IMG/VR virus record: IMGVR_UViG_3300027608_000010
Origin: a virus
Lineage: Duplodnaviria > Caudoviricetes
Direction: 5' to 3' (one strand)
DNA: 64,000 nucleotides
Within the stretch, counting starts at the first letter, position 1; each line of letters begins with the position of its first letter. This document shows, piece by piece, positions 19,001 through 27,733 of the stretch. Position numbers and translations under genes: made by a program. Below the pieces are notes generated by a model. That model was not told the origin of the DNA and searched no databases. It saw nothing but the letters and a program-made list of their open reading frames with translations.

Positions 19001-19160
19001 GGGTGTTATCAACAACATCAAAGACAAATTGGGTTATGACATGCCCGATCCTGACCATGGCCCTAGACCAGATGAAACACAACGACTGGCTAAACTCTAT
19101 CCTAAGTCAACAAACGAAAATGCCGAACTATCTAGAATCAAAAAACTTTCTGGAATGTAA
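16020..19160 (+). CDS. Modular polyprotein-like head protein (1046 aa)
   Basis: Globular-looking N-terminal third, then unrelated modules separated by EQG[VM]AE[GAE] linkers; ends ELSRIKKLSGM. Confidence 0.75.
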   Translation: MSKEQESLKTEIYGLLKSRGLNPVSKDSSGDTVPIPTEAEVFEFMFSKDGKDYGKVWVTLDGLQQLIVYFGKDVADSPKNGSEDSNSWSQLHRALSRFATGRQLSFELSDQSNLEADMAKREHTKREEQVNEGYYPIGKNASGNNNVPSVTMRIQHTRPIEEGEQRFRNIARIFVENQDGERILLPTTKPGLARTYVRHIAEGGKPNDERWNHLGSLCEEYQKMAGFVRATRNGQFNESAQSLVNEGINHYQKLRETLGKLQGKRGYNEYFESYTPALMEDEEQVDLSEMFMSSSLDPRIESVMPILSKLSKNITETKKDMAETIALEEWADSLMDRTSNTNEAQSASVRMQKALQREKEKREYSQQYAEKNFPIGKNPEPIKEPSKEVKEGDQRKLDIVKRMHGILSKNKEQGMAEGINPNELLGSVYDSKNRYLGTWNGQRLVIDPSVWKKWKDENGQDWASGMVGMAKDRIASGVWTVQQPEGVAEESKYSNLSNRGVNRGINRAADDFNRMLDLDQAESPHYKTQHQQDTKQRLKTKPMAGPKGMLPEQGVAEGQLDEIGDTPAGQAALQRYGNKAHDQVAAHWKQVHNKSHLPTDTKMAKRNSGTVAADNRIHGFGIAKNQQDKVTDRFKYRDAVGTTHVYQKNDPLEQGVGEGIVPKPYMPPGLASATTPPSDNTSRGWKGHEWDPEQDNNVEHLTFQTRMQTTEKPGMKPTTTYDTQNTSSKTGITSTHEVDVDEGLSRLRELAGVQGMAEADRPGLPPKLNPHGMSQAQIDDRMTSVGFIPGTRDHATAVQLYRAANPNTARPVSKPLPRSDIQGTDVGPLPLSPLGRGQDNPHSPVTNVDVSGNSQGTDVGPLPLSPLGRGQDNPYSPVTNVDVSGNSQRPVRVDVRGYGPEPDEFGRQHNGSHESDIEMEEGVAEADDFGIGPGGPRQPAGPIGTGPESIPNTGAPDVKNYKAPLTDKYGWTPGSKAGGWDAAGQQKYIDRTAPGVINNIKDKLGYDMPDPDHGPRPDETQRLAKLYPKSTNENAELSRIKKLSGM
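17253..18797 (+). repeat. Six dispersed in-frame linker repeats of about 21 nt (E-Q/E-G-V/M-A/G-E-G/A/E)
   Basis: Copies start at 17253, 17472, 17673, 17976, 18276, 18777, all in the frame of CDS 16020. Confidence 0.85.
18483..18683 (+). repeat. 99-bp tandem duplication (33 aa)
   Basis: Copies at 18483 and 18582 differ by one base (CAT/TAT, His/Tyr). Confidence 0.92.
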
Positions 19161-19171
19161 AAAGGGTAAAT

Positions 19172-19197
19172 TAAACCGCACTTTTTTGTGCGGTTTA
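19172..19197. terminator. Hairpin after the polyprotein gene (possible terminator)
   Basis: TAAACCGCAC/GTGCGGTTTA 10-bp stem; no clear downstream T-run. Confidence 0.5.
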
Positions 19198-19218
19198 CCA
19201 CATCTGGCATAAATACTA

Positions 19219-19246
19219 TTGACATTAGAGAAAAGTGTGCTAAACT
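19219..19246 (+). promoter_or_regulatory. sigma70-type promoter with an overlapping late box (CATAAATA 19208-19215)
   Basis: TTGACA-16 nt-TAAACT with a TG extension. Confidence 0.6.
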
Positions 19247-19325
19247 ATCTCATATGTTAGTTGTCTCATAGGGAGACAGCGAATATTAAAAACGAGACCA
19301 TCTCAATTTATAAGGAAATATTATT

Positions 19326-20336
19326 ATGGCATCATTAGCAGAAATTCGTGCTCGCATCGCGGCACAAGAAAACAAGTCAGGGAACAACGGTTCTACAAAA
19401 CAATCTGACAACTTAATCTACCCCCACTGGAATATGGACGAAGGCACTACAGCCTCTTTGCGCTTTCTTCCAGATGCAGACAGCAAAAATCCCTGGGGTT
19501 TCTGGGTAGAACGTCAAATCATCAAACTACCATTTAATGGTGTTAAAGGTGATTCAAACGTAAAACAAATTCAAGTACAAATACCTTGCGTTGAAATGTA
19601 CAACGATGGTTCTTCTTGTCCAATTTTGGCAGAAGTTCGTCCTTGGTATAAAGATGAATCACTAAAAGAATTGGCAAACAAGTACTGGAAGAAACGTAGT
19701 TATATATACCAAGGTTTTGTTCGTCAAAATCCTATCGGTGATGACACAACACCTGCGAACCCAATTCGTAAGTTTATTATCAGTTCGCAAATTTTCAGTA
19801 TTATCAAGTCATCATTGACTGATCCTGAAATGGAAGAATTGCCAACTGACTATTTGCGCGGTCTTGACTTCAACGTTAAGAAATCAAGCAAAGGTGGTTA
19901 TGCTGATTATTCTACATCAACATGGTCACGTAAAGAAAGTGCATTGACTGACCTTGAATTGGCAGCAATTGAAGCACATGGTTTGTACACATTGTCTGAC
20001 TTCTTACCTAAGAAGCCAGGTGAAGCAGAACTACGCATTATGAAAGAAATGTTTGAAGCAAGCGTAGACGGTCAACCATACGACAATGAACGTTGGGGTA
20101 ACTATTTCAGACCTTATGGTTTAGAAGCACCTGCAGGAACGACAGCGGCAGCAACAAAAGCGTCTACTGAAACTAGCGCACCCGCGACTGCACCTATAGC
20201 AGAGTCTGCACCATTTGATACTGATGAACCATCAACAGCATCAGCTCCAATCTCAGTCCCTACATCAGCTCCTAGCAGTGATAAAGCACAAGACATTCTT
20301 GCAATGATTCGTGCTAGACAAGCAAAAACTGCTTAA
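19326..20336 (+). CDS. Single-stranded DNA-binding protein (T4 gp32-like)
   Basis: LRFLP, CPIL....PWY...E..LANKYWKKRSY, YADYS.S, C-terminal DILAMIRAR. Confidence 0.88.
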   Translation: MASLAEIRARIAAQENKSGNNGSTKQSDNLIYPHWNMDEGTTASLRFLPDADSKNPWGFWVERQIIKLPFNGVKGDSNVKQIQVQIPCVEMYNDGSSCPILAEVRPWYKDESLKELANKYWKKRSYIYQGFVRQNPIGDDTTPANPIRKFIISSQIFSIIKSSLTDPEMEELPTDYLRGLDFNVKKSSKGGYADYSTSTWSRKESALTDLELAAIEAHGLYTLSDFLPKKPGEAELRIMKEMFEASVDGQPYDNERWGNYFRPYGLEAPAGTTAAATKASTETSAPATAPIAESAPFDTDEPSTASAPISVPTSAPSSDKAQDILAMIRARQAKTA

Positions 20337-20343
20337 TTAAAAC

Positions 20344-20359
20344 GGGGACTTCGGTCCCC
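20344..20359 (+). terminator. cUUCGg tetraloop hairpin
   Basis: GGGGAC-TTCG-GTCCCC, T4-type terminator hairpin. Confidence 0.7.
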
Positions 20360-20377
20360 TATTAAATAGGAGAATAT

Positions 20378-20608
20378 ATGACATTACCAGACGAAAGATA
20401 CCGGGCCCTAAAGCAAGGTAAAAAACTATTAGAGGAATTATGTGATCCTGGTAAAACACCAAGGGTACCCAGCATAGTTCGTGACAAAGCAAGAGCGGCA
20501 CTAAGACATTACCCACACGATTATGAAATCGATTCTATGGCAGAAAAATGTCCCGACCTGCTTGATAAACAATCATTTACAATGTATACTAACGGTGTAC
20601 ACAGATAA
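20378..20608 (+). CDS. Hypothetical protein
   Basis: 76 aa, AGGAG SD. Confidence 0.7.
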   Translation: MTLPDERYRALKQGKKLLEELCDPGKTPRVPSIVRDKARAALRHYPHDYEIDSMAEKCPDLLDKQSFTMYTNGVHR

Positions 20609-20623
20609 TATTAGGAGAACGAT

Positions 20624-21688
20624 TTGGGTAAGCCATTTGATGTAAGTAAATTTAGAAAAGAAATCACTAAGTCCATTGAAGGCCTTAGTATAGGGTTTAA
20701 CGATCCGACTGACTGGATCAATACAGGAAATTATGCACTTAACTATCTTATTAGTGGTGACTTTAACAAAGGGGTTCCTCTTGGCAAAGTCACTGTATTT
20801 GCTGGCGAGTCTGGTTCCGGAAAAAGTTTTATTTGTTCCGGTAACTTGGTACGTCATGCTCAACAACAAGGTATCTTTGTGGTACTCATCGATTCGGAAA
20901 ATGCTTTAGATGAGAAGTGGTTACACGCATTAGGTGTGCAAACTACAGAAGATAAATTGTTAAAATTAAATATGGCTATGATTGATGATGTAGCCAAGAC
21001 AATCAGTAAATTTGTTATTGATTATAAAACACTTCCAGCAGATGACAGACCTAAGGTATTGTTTGTCATTGATAGTTTGGGAATGTTACTAACACCCACT
21101 GACGTAAATCAGTTTGAAGCAGGTGATATGAAGGGTGACATGGGTCGTAAGCCTAAAGCATTGGCTGCACTTGTTCGTAACTCTGTTAACATGTTCGGTA
21201 GTTTAAATATTGGTATGGTTGCAACTAATCATACATACGCAAGTCAGGATATGTTTGATCCAGATGACAAAGTATCAGGTGGTCAAGGCTTTGTGTATGC
21301 TAGTAGTATTCTTGTTGCTATGAAGAAACTCAAACTCAAAGAGGATGAGGATGGTAACAAAGTTTCAGAAGTAAATGGTATTCGTGCCGCATGTAAGATT
21401 ATGAAAACACGTTACGCTAAACCTTTTGAAACACTACAGATTAAGATTCCATACGAAACAGGTATGAACCCATATAGTGGTCTACTTGATTTGTTTGAGA
21501 AGAATGACTTGTTGACTAAAGAAGGTAATCGTTTGAGTTATACAACCGATGACGGAGAAATCTTAAAGATGTTCCGTAAAGGTTGGGAATCAAATGAAGG
21601 TGGTTGCTTAGATAAAGTCATGGATGAATTTAGTAAAAATCACGGAAAAAAGCTAAGTACTGAATCAGTGGAGGAGGCAGTACAATGA
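20624..21688 (+). CDS. uvsX: RecA/UvsX recombinase (TTG start)
   Basis: AGESGSGKS Walker A, LIDSE, VIDSLG, SGGQGFVYASS; AGGAG SD. Confidence 0.92.
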   Translation: MGKPFDVSKFRKEITKSIEGLSIGFNDPTDWINTGNYALNYLISGDFNKGVPLGKVTVFAGESGSGKSFICSGNLVRHAQQQGIFVVLIDSENALDEKWLHALGVQTTEDKLLKLNMAMIDDVAKTISKFVIDYKTLPADDRPKVLFVIDSLGMLLTPTDVNQFEAGDMKGDMGRKPKALAALVRNSVNMFGSLNIGMVATNHTYASQDMFDPDDKVSGGQGFVYASSILVAMKKLKLKEDEDGNKVSEVNGIRAACKIMKTRYAKPFETLQIKIPYETGMNPYSGLLDLFEKNDLLTKEGNRLSYTTDDGEILKMFRKGWESNEGGCLDKVMDEFSKNHGKKLSTESVEEAVQ

Positions 21689-21936
21689 GTTTAGATAGTA
21701 TCGTAGAGGTTTGGGAAATCTTGCGTGACCATGTTGATTTGAATGATCGAGGTGATGCGGCAGATTCTTTGGTCAATTATTTGATGGACAACAATTTTGA
21801 AGTTGAAGATATCAAAGATGCATTCAAAGATAAAGATATCACTAAGGCATTAAAAGGTTATGCCGAACAGCATTTCCAAGAAGAAGAATACGAAGAAAAT
21901 GATGACGAGGATCACAATCCAGAAGATTGGAATTAA
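21685..21936 (+). CDS. Acidic hypothetical protein
   Basis: 83 aa, ATGA overlap, GGAGG SD. Confidence 0.65.
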   Translation: MSLDSIVEVWEILRDHVDLNDRGDAADSLVNYLMDNNFEVEDIKDAFKDKDITKALKGYAEQHFQEEEYEENDDEDHNPEDWN

Positions 21937-22398
21937 ATGTCACACAATTGGTATACACGAATCGTTTATGATTTGTCAGTAATACCGGATTTTATATCGT
22001 ATTATCTAGTTGAGTTAGACTCAGCAAAAAAAGATGTAAAGATATACGGCAAAGTTGAAAAGAACCTTGCTGATCTTCCCGGTACCACTGAACAGAGGTT
22101 CAATCAGTTACAAGAGATTGAGGCTGTGTTGAACTACCTAAACATTCAACTTCGGAAAATTCGCCGAAAACATTTTCAAAAGTATTTAGAAGCGTATAAT
22201 AGAGCATTGACCAGTCGTGATGCTGAGAAGTATGTAGACGGTGAAGATGAAGTGATTGATTATGAAACATTAATCAATGAAGTGGCCCTACTACGCAATA
22301 GGTGGTTAGGAATTATGAAGGGTCTTGAAGCCAAGCAATGGCAGATGGGACATATCGTGCGATTACGCACAGCAGGAATGGAAGACATATCATTATGA
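21937..22398 (+). CDS. uvsY: Recombination mediator (UvsY-like)
   Basis: Helical; YLEAYNRAL..RDAEKYVDGE...GIMKGLEAKQWQMGHIVRLRTAG; syntenic with uvsX. Confidence 0.8.
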   Translation: MSHNWYTRIVYDLSVIPDFISYYLVELDSAKKDVKIYGKVEKNLADLPGTTEQRFNQLQEIEAVLNYLNIQLRKIRRKHFQKYLEAYNRALTSRDAEKYVDGEDEVIDYETLINEVALLRNRWLGIMKGLEAKQWQMGHIVRLRTAGMEDISL

Positions 22399-23264
22399 CA
22401 CATTACAGAGGTAAAGGATTTTTGCAAATACTCGGTGGCGGAGCAGGTGGACCATCAAAATATAAGGGGACTTCAGCGTTATCATCAGCACAAATATCAC
22501 CTATCACTATTTCAGCTTTACAAGGTTATGTCCCAACCACATCATTAATTAGTGGATCACAATGGGACGAAGTTCATGTTCAATCTCAGTACCATGAGGC
22601 TGTTAAAAAATATGAAGTACTAGAAAGTCCAGAAGATGTGCTTGCACTAAGTGTGACTTGGAAACGATTGAATAAAAATAATCCATCAGCAGTAGCCAGT
22701 ATTTCTAATTTGTTGAGTAAAGAATTATTCACACATATCACTGATGAAGACCGAGAACTTGGTCAAGAAATTCGTGACTACTACAGTAAGAAGATTATGA
22801 TATGGAAACTCAAAAATGCTAAATTTTCAAAATTTAGAGATGAGTTAAATTCTTACATACACAGTCCAACTCCCTTGTTAGTTAAAAATGATTTCATGGG
22901 TATGATTTATTATCTTCCATATTTCTATGAATACGATACTGGTGTTGATGAGGTTCGTGTTCAAGTGAATCCAAAAATCAATGTGTCATTTCAAATGGTA
23001 AGAGATACACCTAGAGAATTAGAACCATTACAAAAGATTGTCTCTAAACGAAAATCCGCCGTGACTAATCACTATTGGTTAAAAGATATAGAGACCAATA
23101 GTGCAGTTCAATTTGTGTTTGATGTATCAAATCCACTAGAACATATTTGGTCTATACTGTTTGCTAAGAATGAAATCATGGAAGTAACAGGTTCGTACTA
23201 CACAAAGTCACGTGACGAATTTGAATACTTAAGTGTTAAAAATTGGAAGCTAGAAAACATTTGA
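22395..23264 (+). CDS. Hypothetical protein
   Basis: Start moved to the ATGA overlap at 22395. Confidence 0.65.
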   Translation: MTHYRGKGFLQILGGGAGGPSKYKGTSALSSAQISPITISALQGYVPTTSLISGSQWDEVHVQSQYHEAVKKYEVLESPEDVLALSVTWKRLNKNNPSAVASISNLLSKELFTHITDEDRELGQEIRDYYSKKIMIWKLKNAKFSKFRDELNSYIHSPTPLLVKNDFMGMIYYLPYFYEYDTGVDEVRVQVNPKINVSFQMVRDTPRELEPLQKIVSKRKSAVTNHYWLKDIETNSAVQFVFDVSNPLEHIWSILFAKNEIMEVTGSYYTKSRDEFEYLSVKNWKLENI

Positions 23265-23289
23265 CAATAAAGCCATTCGGCTGTACAAT
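23261..23289 (+). promoter_or_regulatory. sigma70-type early promoter
   Basis: TTGACA-17 nt-TACAAT. Confidence 0.8.
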
Positions 23290-23295
23290 AAGCAC

Positions 23296-23547
23296 ATGAA
23301 CTTAACTAAAGGAACAAAAATGACTCTTAAACAAAAAGCAATGATACAAACTCTTGCAATTTTCATTGGTATGATTTTAATCTCAGTACTACTAAATGTA
23401 ATACTTGTGTATGCATCTATTCAAGCTATTCAGTATACGTGCGGTGCTATCCTAATCGGATTCTTGGTATACGTTGTATATGGTGTTGTTTTATCACGAC
23501 TTGAGTATGATGCAAAATTAAAGGAACTAATTAGTTCCAAAACTTGA
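23296..23547 (+). CDS. Small membrane protein (2 TM)
   Basis: Two hydrophobic stretches; real start may be the second Met after AAAGGA. Confidence 0.65.
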   Translation: MNLTKGTKMTLKQKAMIQTLAIFIGMILISVLLNVILVYASIQAIQYTCGAILIGFLVYVVYGVVLSRLEYDAKLKELISSKT

Positions 23548-23572
23548 CAGTAATTGGATTCTCATATATAAT
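23544..23572 (+). promoter_or_regulatory. sigma70-type early promoter
   Basis: Perfect TTGACA-17 nt-TATAAT. Confidence 0.85.
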
Positions 23573-23603
23573 ACTTGTATTGATTGATTGAAAAGGGGTT
23601 TTT

Positions 23604-24653
23604 ATGTCATCAACGATTTGTGTTAAGTATGGTGAGTATCGCAACATGCCTGTTGTGAACAAAACTTTTAAACTTGTCAAAGGTTATCAGACAGGTTCTA
23701 AAGGTGGTTTTGTGACAGTTAAGAACGAGGGTCATTTCCCTAGCGTTAATATCGAAAATATTAAAGTTAAGGTTAATGGTATTGAAAATATTGAATTTGT
23801 TAATGGAGAAGTAGAAGTGTCAGATGCTATTCAGTTTACGATTAAACAGCCTAAGGCGCCTGTAGTCAAAGAAACTGACGAGGAAGCAATGAATCGCATT
23901 GCAACCCGTTTTGCAGTACTTGATGAAATGTCGCAAGCGGCTATCAACGGTGATATACGTGCTATGATAGTATCAGGTCCCCCGGGAGTTGGTAAGTCAT
24001 ACGGTGTTGAAACACAACTTGAAAAATCAAGTCTTTTTGATAAGATTGCAGGTAAGAAATTACGTTATGAAGTTATCAAAGGTGCTATGACCGCTCTTGG
24101 TTTGTATGCACAATTGTACAAACTTTCGGATCGTAAAAACGTATTAGTGTTTGATGATTGTGATAGCGTGTTTGCTGATGACTTGTCATTGAACATTTTG
24201 AAGGCTGCACTTGATTCAGGTAAGCGTAGACGTATTTGCTGGAATAGTGATTCTAGTCTGTTACGCCGTGAAGGTATCCCTGACAGTTTTGACTTTAACG
24301 GTACTGCTATTTTCATTACAAACTTAAAGTTTGAAAATGTGAAAAGCAAAAAATTGCAGGATCACTTAGAGGCATTGCAAAGTCGCTGTCACTTTCTTGA
24401 CCTGACTATTGATAGTGAACGTGACAAAATGTTGCGTATCAAGCAGGTGCATCGTGATGCTGACGGTGGTTTGTTCAAAGACTATGATTTTGAAAACGGT
24501 GAAGGTGAGATGATTATTGAATTCATGTTTGAAAATCAATCTCGCTTGCGTGAGTTGAGTATGCGTATGTGTCTGAAAATTGCAGACCTAGTAAAGATCA
24601 GTCCTAGCAATTGGAGAGCATTGACTGCTAGTACTTGTATGAAATCTGCTTAA
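23604..24653 (+). CDS. AAA+ ATPase of unknown function
   Basis: SGPPGVGKS, LVFDDCD, FITN sensor, ALQSRC arginine finger. Confidence 0.8.
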   Translation: MSSTICVKYGEYRNMPVVNKTFKLVKGYQTGSKGGFVTVKNEGHFPSVNIENIKVKVNGIENIEFVNGEVEVSDAIQFTIKQPKAPVVKETDEEAMNRIATRFAVLDEMSQAAINGDIRAMIVSGPPGVGKSYGVETQLEKSSLFDKIAGKKLRYEVIKGAMTALGLYAQLYKLSDRKNVLVFDDCDSVFADDLSLNILKAALDSGKRRRICWNSDSSLLRREGIPDSFDFNGTAIFITNLKFENVKSKKLQDHLEALQSRCHFLDLTIDSERDKMLRIKQVHRDADGGLFKDYDFENGEGEMIIEFMFENQSRLRELSMRMCLKIADLVKISPSNWRALTASTCMKSA

Positions 24654-24674
24654 TTTACCCTTTCGTTAAGCAGT

Positions 24675-24702
24675 AAAGAGGGACTTACATGTCCCTCTTT
24701 TT
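24675..24702 (+). terminator. Intrinsic terminator
   Basis: AAAGAGGGAC/GTCCCTCTTT stem plus T-run. Confidence 0.75.
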
Positions 24703-24711
24703 CCACTATGT

Positions 24712-24740
24712 TTGCTTTGCAATACACTAAGTAGTATAAT
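24712..24740 (+). promoter_or_regulatory. sigma70-type promoter
   Basis: TTGCTT-17 nt-TATAAT. Confidence 0.6.
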
Positions 24741-25754
24741 ATGAACATGATAGTGAAACCTAACACAAAAGAACAATTAGTAGATTTTATGCTAAAGCAT
24801 ATTAGCCTAGGAACCTACGACAAAAAGTTTTTAGACAATTTGCTACACTTAAATTTTGCAGTTAAGAATCCAATTACAACCAATCAAGCCGAGTTGCTCA
24901 ACAAGATTACATCAAGGTATCATAGACAATTCTTAAAAAAGGATTTGAACAGTGAAGAACTAATTCAGTTACCTTGGACACTACAGCCTATTGAGAGCAG
25001 TGTTCAATTTACGCAAGCATACATATCTATAGCGGATGACAAAGACATTGTTATTCATAGTCCTTACAAAAAAGAATTTGTAAAGACACTAAAGGCCCTA
25101 GAATACATGCAGTGGGATAAAGAAAATAAACTTTGGCATACACCCTGTGCTGAATTTAGGTTAAAGAAGTTAATAGAAATATCACATCATAGTTATTCAA
25201 TTGTCAATTACTGTCCTGTTATTGAAGAAATAATGATCCAACTTAAACTATATGAAGAAGTTAAGTATTGGAATCCAACATTGATTGAACGCAATGGTAA
25301 TTACTATGTTGTTGCATGTAACAAAGTACTGTATGAGAAAATCAAAGACATTGACTTGAATGAAGATCCTACAACTATTGCAAAATTAGTGCGCTTGGGT
25401 ATTAAAATTGATGTGGTTGCAGACAAGGTTGCAACAGAATTCAACACACAACTAGAATACTACGATATTAAATATATTATTGAGTCATTACAACGAATAG
25501 GTGCTGACTATGTGATACTAAATCAAATGTACGGTGTCAACAAATCTTATATGATGGAAGTTGCTAATCATTTGAAGGCAAATAAAATCAAACATATGAT
25601 TAGAACTAAAGGCCCAGAATCTTTCAAAGAAGATTTACGACAATATGAAATGCCAGTGAAGTTAAATTTCGGCATGATTAAAGCAGAAGATGGAATAAAA
25701 TACTTAGGAAAAATAATTGGTTTAACAAATAGTGTACCAATCGAGGTCAAATGA
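24741..25754 (+). CDS. Hypothetical protein
   Basis: 337 aa, ATGA overlap with uvsW. Confidence 0.7.
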   Translation: MNMIVKPNTKEQLVDFMLKHISLGTYDKKFLDNLLHLNFAVKNPITTNQAELLNKITSRYHRQFLKKDLNSEELIQLPWTLQPIESSVQFTQAYISIADDKDIVIHSPYKKEFVKTLKALEYMQWDKENKLWHTPCAEFRLKKLIEISHHSYSIVNYCPVIEEIMIQLKLYEEVKYWNPTLIERNGNYYVVACNKVLYEKIKDIDLNEDPTTIAKLVRLGIKIDVVADKVATEFNTQLEYYDIKYIIESLQRIGADYVILNQMYGVNKSYMMEVANHLKANKIKHMIRTKGPESFKEDLRQYEMPVKLNFGMIKAEDGIKYLGKIIGLTNSVPIEVK

Positions 25755-27208
25755 AACAATGTAAACTGATAATTAAAGACGAGGTCAATGTTAAAATCGA
25801 AGGCTTAGAGTTAGCCGAACGTAAAGCATTGATGAAGAAATTTGAATATGAAAAGCCCGGAGCACGATATCTGCCGAGTGTCCGGCTAGGTCGTTGGAAC
25901 GGTAAAATTAGTTTCTTTAGTCTAGGCGGTAGCAGTTTTGTAAATCTACTACCGGAAATTCTTCCTGTACTTGACATGGCAGGATATGATATTGAGTTGG
26001 AAGATTTACGTGAATACAGTACAACATTCACCTTTAATCAAATCACAGAAAATACATTCAGTCAATATACTTGGCCAAAAGGTCATACTAAAGAAGGTGA
26101 GTCAATAATCTTCCGTGACTATCAAGTAAAGATTGTTAACGATTTTCTAGCAAACCCCCAAGCACTGCAAGAAATTGCAACAGGTGCTGGCAAGACATTG
26201 ATTACAGCCGCATTAAGTTATAGCGTACAGAATTATGGTCGTAGTATTGTTATTGTCCCTAACAAAAGTCTTGTTGTACAGACCGAAGCAGATTACATCA
26301 ATCTTGGATTAGATGTTGGTGTGTATTTTGGTGATAGAAAAGAGTTCGGTAAGACACATACAATCTGTACGTGGCAAAGTCTTAACAATATGCTTAAGAA
26401 AACAAAAGCAGATGAAGCAGAAGTACCTATTGGTGAGTTCTTAGAAGGTGTAGTATGTGTCATGGTTGACGAGGTTCATATGGCCAAGGCTGATGCACTG
26501 AAAGAGTTATTGACTGGGGTAATGAGTAATATTCCGATTCGTTGGGGATTGACTGGTACGATTCCTAAAGCAATATTTGAAGCACAAGCAATTTATGTTA
26601 GTCTTGGTAATGTTATCAATAAGCTAAGTGCAAGTGAATTACAGGACCGCGGTGTGTTAGCACAATGTCATGTGAACATCGTGCAGTTACAAGACAAAGT
26701 AGAGTTTAGCAATTATCAAAGTGAATTAAAGCATTTGCTAGAAGATACTGTACGCCTAGACAAACTGGCTCAACTGGTATTAAATATCAAAGAATCGGGG
26801 AATACACTAGTATTAGTGGACAGGGTAAACGCCGGTAAAGAATTAATTAGCAGATTACCTGATGCTGTGTTTGTTTCGGGTAACACTAATATGATAGAAA
26901 GAAAAGAGGAATACGATGAAATTGCAACCAGCACAAACAAAATCATTGTCGCAACCTACGGTGTGGCAGCGGTTGGTATCAACATACCACGAATATTCAA
27001 CCTTGTTCTTATTGAACCAGGCAAGAGCTTTGTTAGAGTCATCCAAAGTATTGGTAGAGGTATTAGAAAAGCGGATGACAAGGATCACGTTCAAATCTGG
27101 GACCTAACCAGTAGCTGTAAGTTTGCCAAAAGACATTTGACTAAACGTAAAGAGTTTTATCGTGAAGCAAATTACCCTTTTGATATGGAGAAGTTGACAT
27201 ACAAGTAA
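25751..27208 (+). CDS. uvsW: SF2 helicase (T4 UvsW-like)
   Basis: FRDYQ, ATGAGKT, VDEVH, GLTGT, VATYG..AVGINIP, QSIGRGIR. Confidence 0.9.
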   Translation: MKQCKLIIKDEVNVKIEGLELAERKALMKKFEYEKPGARYLPSVRLGRWNGKISFFSLGGSSFVNLLPEILPVLDMAGYDIELEDLREYSTTFTFNQITENTFSQYTWPKGHTKEGESIIFRDYQVKIVNDFLANPQALQEIATGAGKTLITAALSYSVQNYGRSIVIVPNKSLVVQTEADYINLGLDVGVYFGDRKEFGKTHTICTWQSLNNMLKKTKADEAEVPIGEFLEGVVCVMVDEVHMAKADALKELLTGVMSNIPIRWGLTGTIPKAIFEAQAIYVSLGNVINKLSASELQDRGVLAQCHVNIVQLQDKVEFSNYQSELKHLLEDTVRLDKLAQLVLNIKESGNTLVLVDRVNAGKELISRLPDAVFVSGNTNMIERKEEYDEIATSTNKIIVATYGVAAVGINIPRIFNLVLIEPGKSFVRVIQSIGRGIRKADDKDHVQIWDLTSSCKFAKRHLTKRKEFYREANYPFDMEKLTYK

Positions 27209-27222
27209 AATTGTGTTACACT
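27194..27222 (+). promoter_or_regulatory. sigma70-type promoter
   Basis: TTGACA-17 nt-TACACT with TG extension. Confidence 0.6.
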
Positions 27223-27229
27223 ACATCAT

Positions 27230-27733
27230 ATGAGAATACTAAATTTAGAACACAACGAGTACTACAATCTTGAAACACTTCCTGATGAGGTAGATGATTT
27301 ACGATTTGCAATATTAGATAATAGCAATCCACAGAATGTTGACTATCATTATATCCCTTTGATCTTTTTAGAGAGTTTCAACAGCCCAGCACTTGTACTA
27401 CGTATCGGTGATAGAACAGTAAAGATGCCTGTTGATTGGCAGATACTGATCGGTGAACCTGACATGGGTGACTTAGAAACACTTCCACTAACAAGTATTA
27501 ATGATAGGGGATTTAAAGCATTTGAATTTAACCCATTAAGTGCGTTTAGACCTAGCTTCCAAGACATTGAGATTGTGGACATTTACCATGATGTAATTTG
27601 GTATGCACCCCGACTAAAGAACGGACAATTTTTATGTGTACCGATTGATGATGGACACAAACCACGCTGTGTTTATTTTGTTAAAGAAGTTAGTAGAAAT
27701 TGTGAAATAATAGATTACGATCAGGCATTTTAA
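27230..27733 (+). CDS. Hypothetical protein
   Basis: 167 aa, TAATG overlap downstream. Confidence 0.7.
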   Translation: MRILNLEHNEYYNLETLPDEVDDLRFAILDNSNPQNVDYHYIPLIFLESFNSPALVLRIGDRTVKMPVDWQILIGEPDMGDLETLPLTSINDRGFKAFEFNPLSAFRPSFQDIEIVDIYHDVIWYAPRLKNGQFLCVPIDDGHKPRCVYFVKEVSRNCEIIDYDQAF

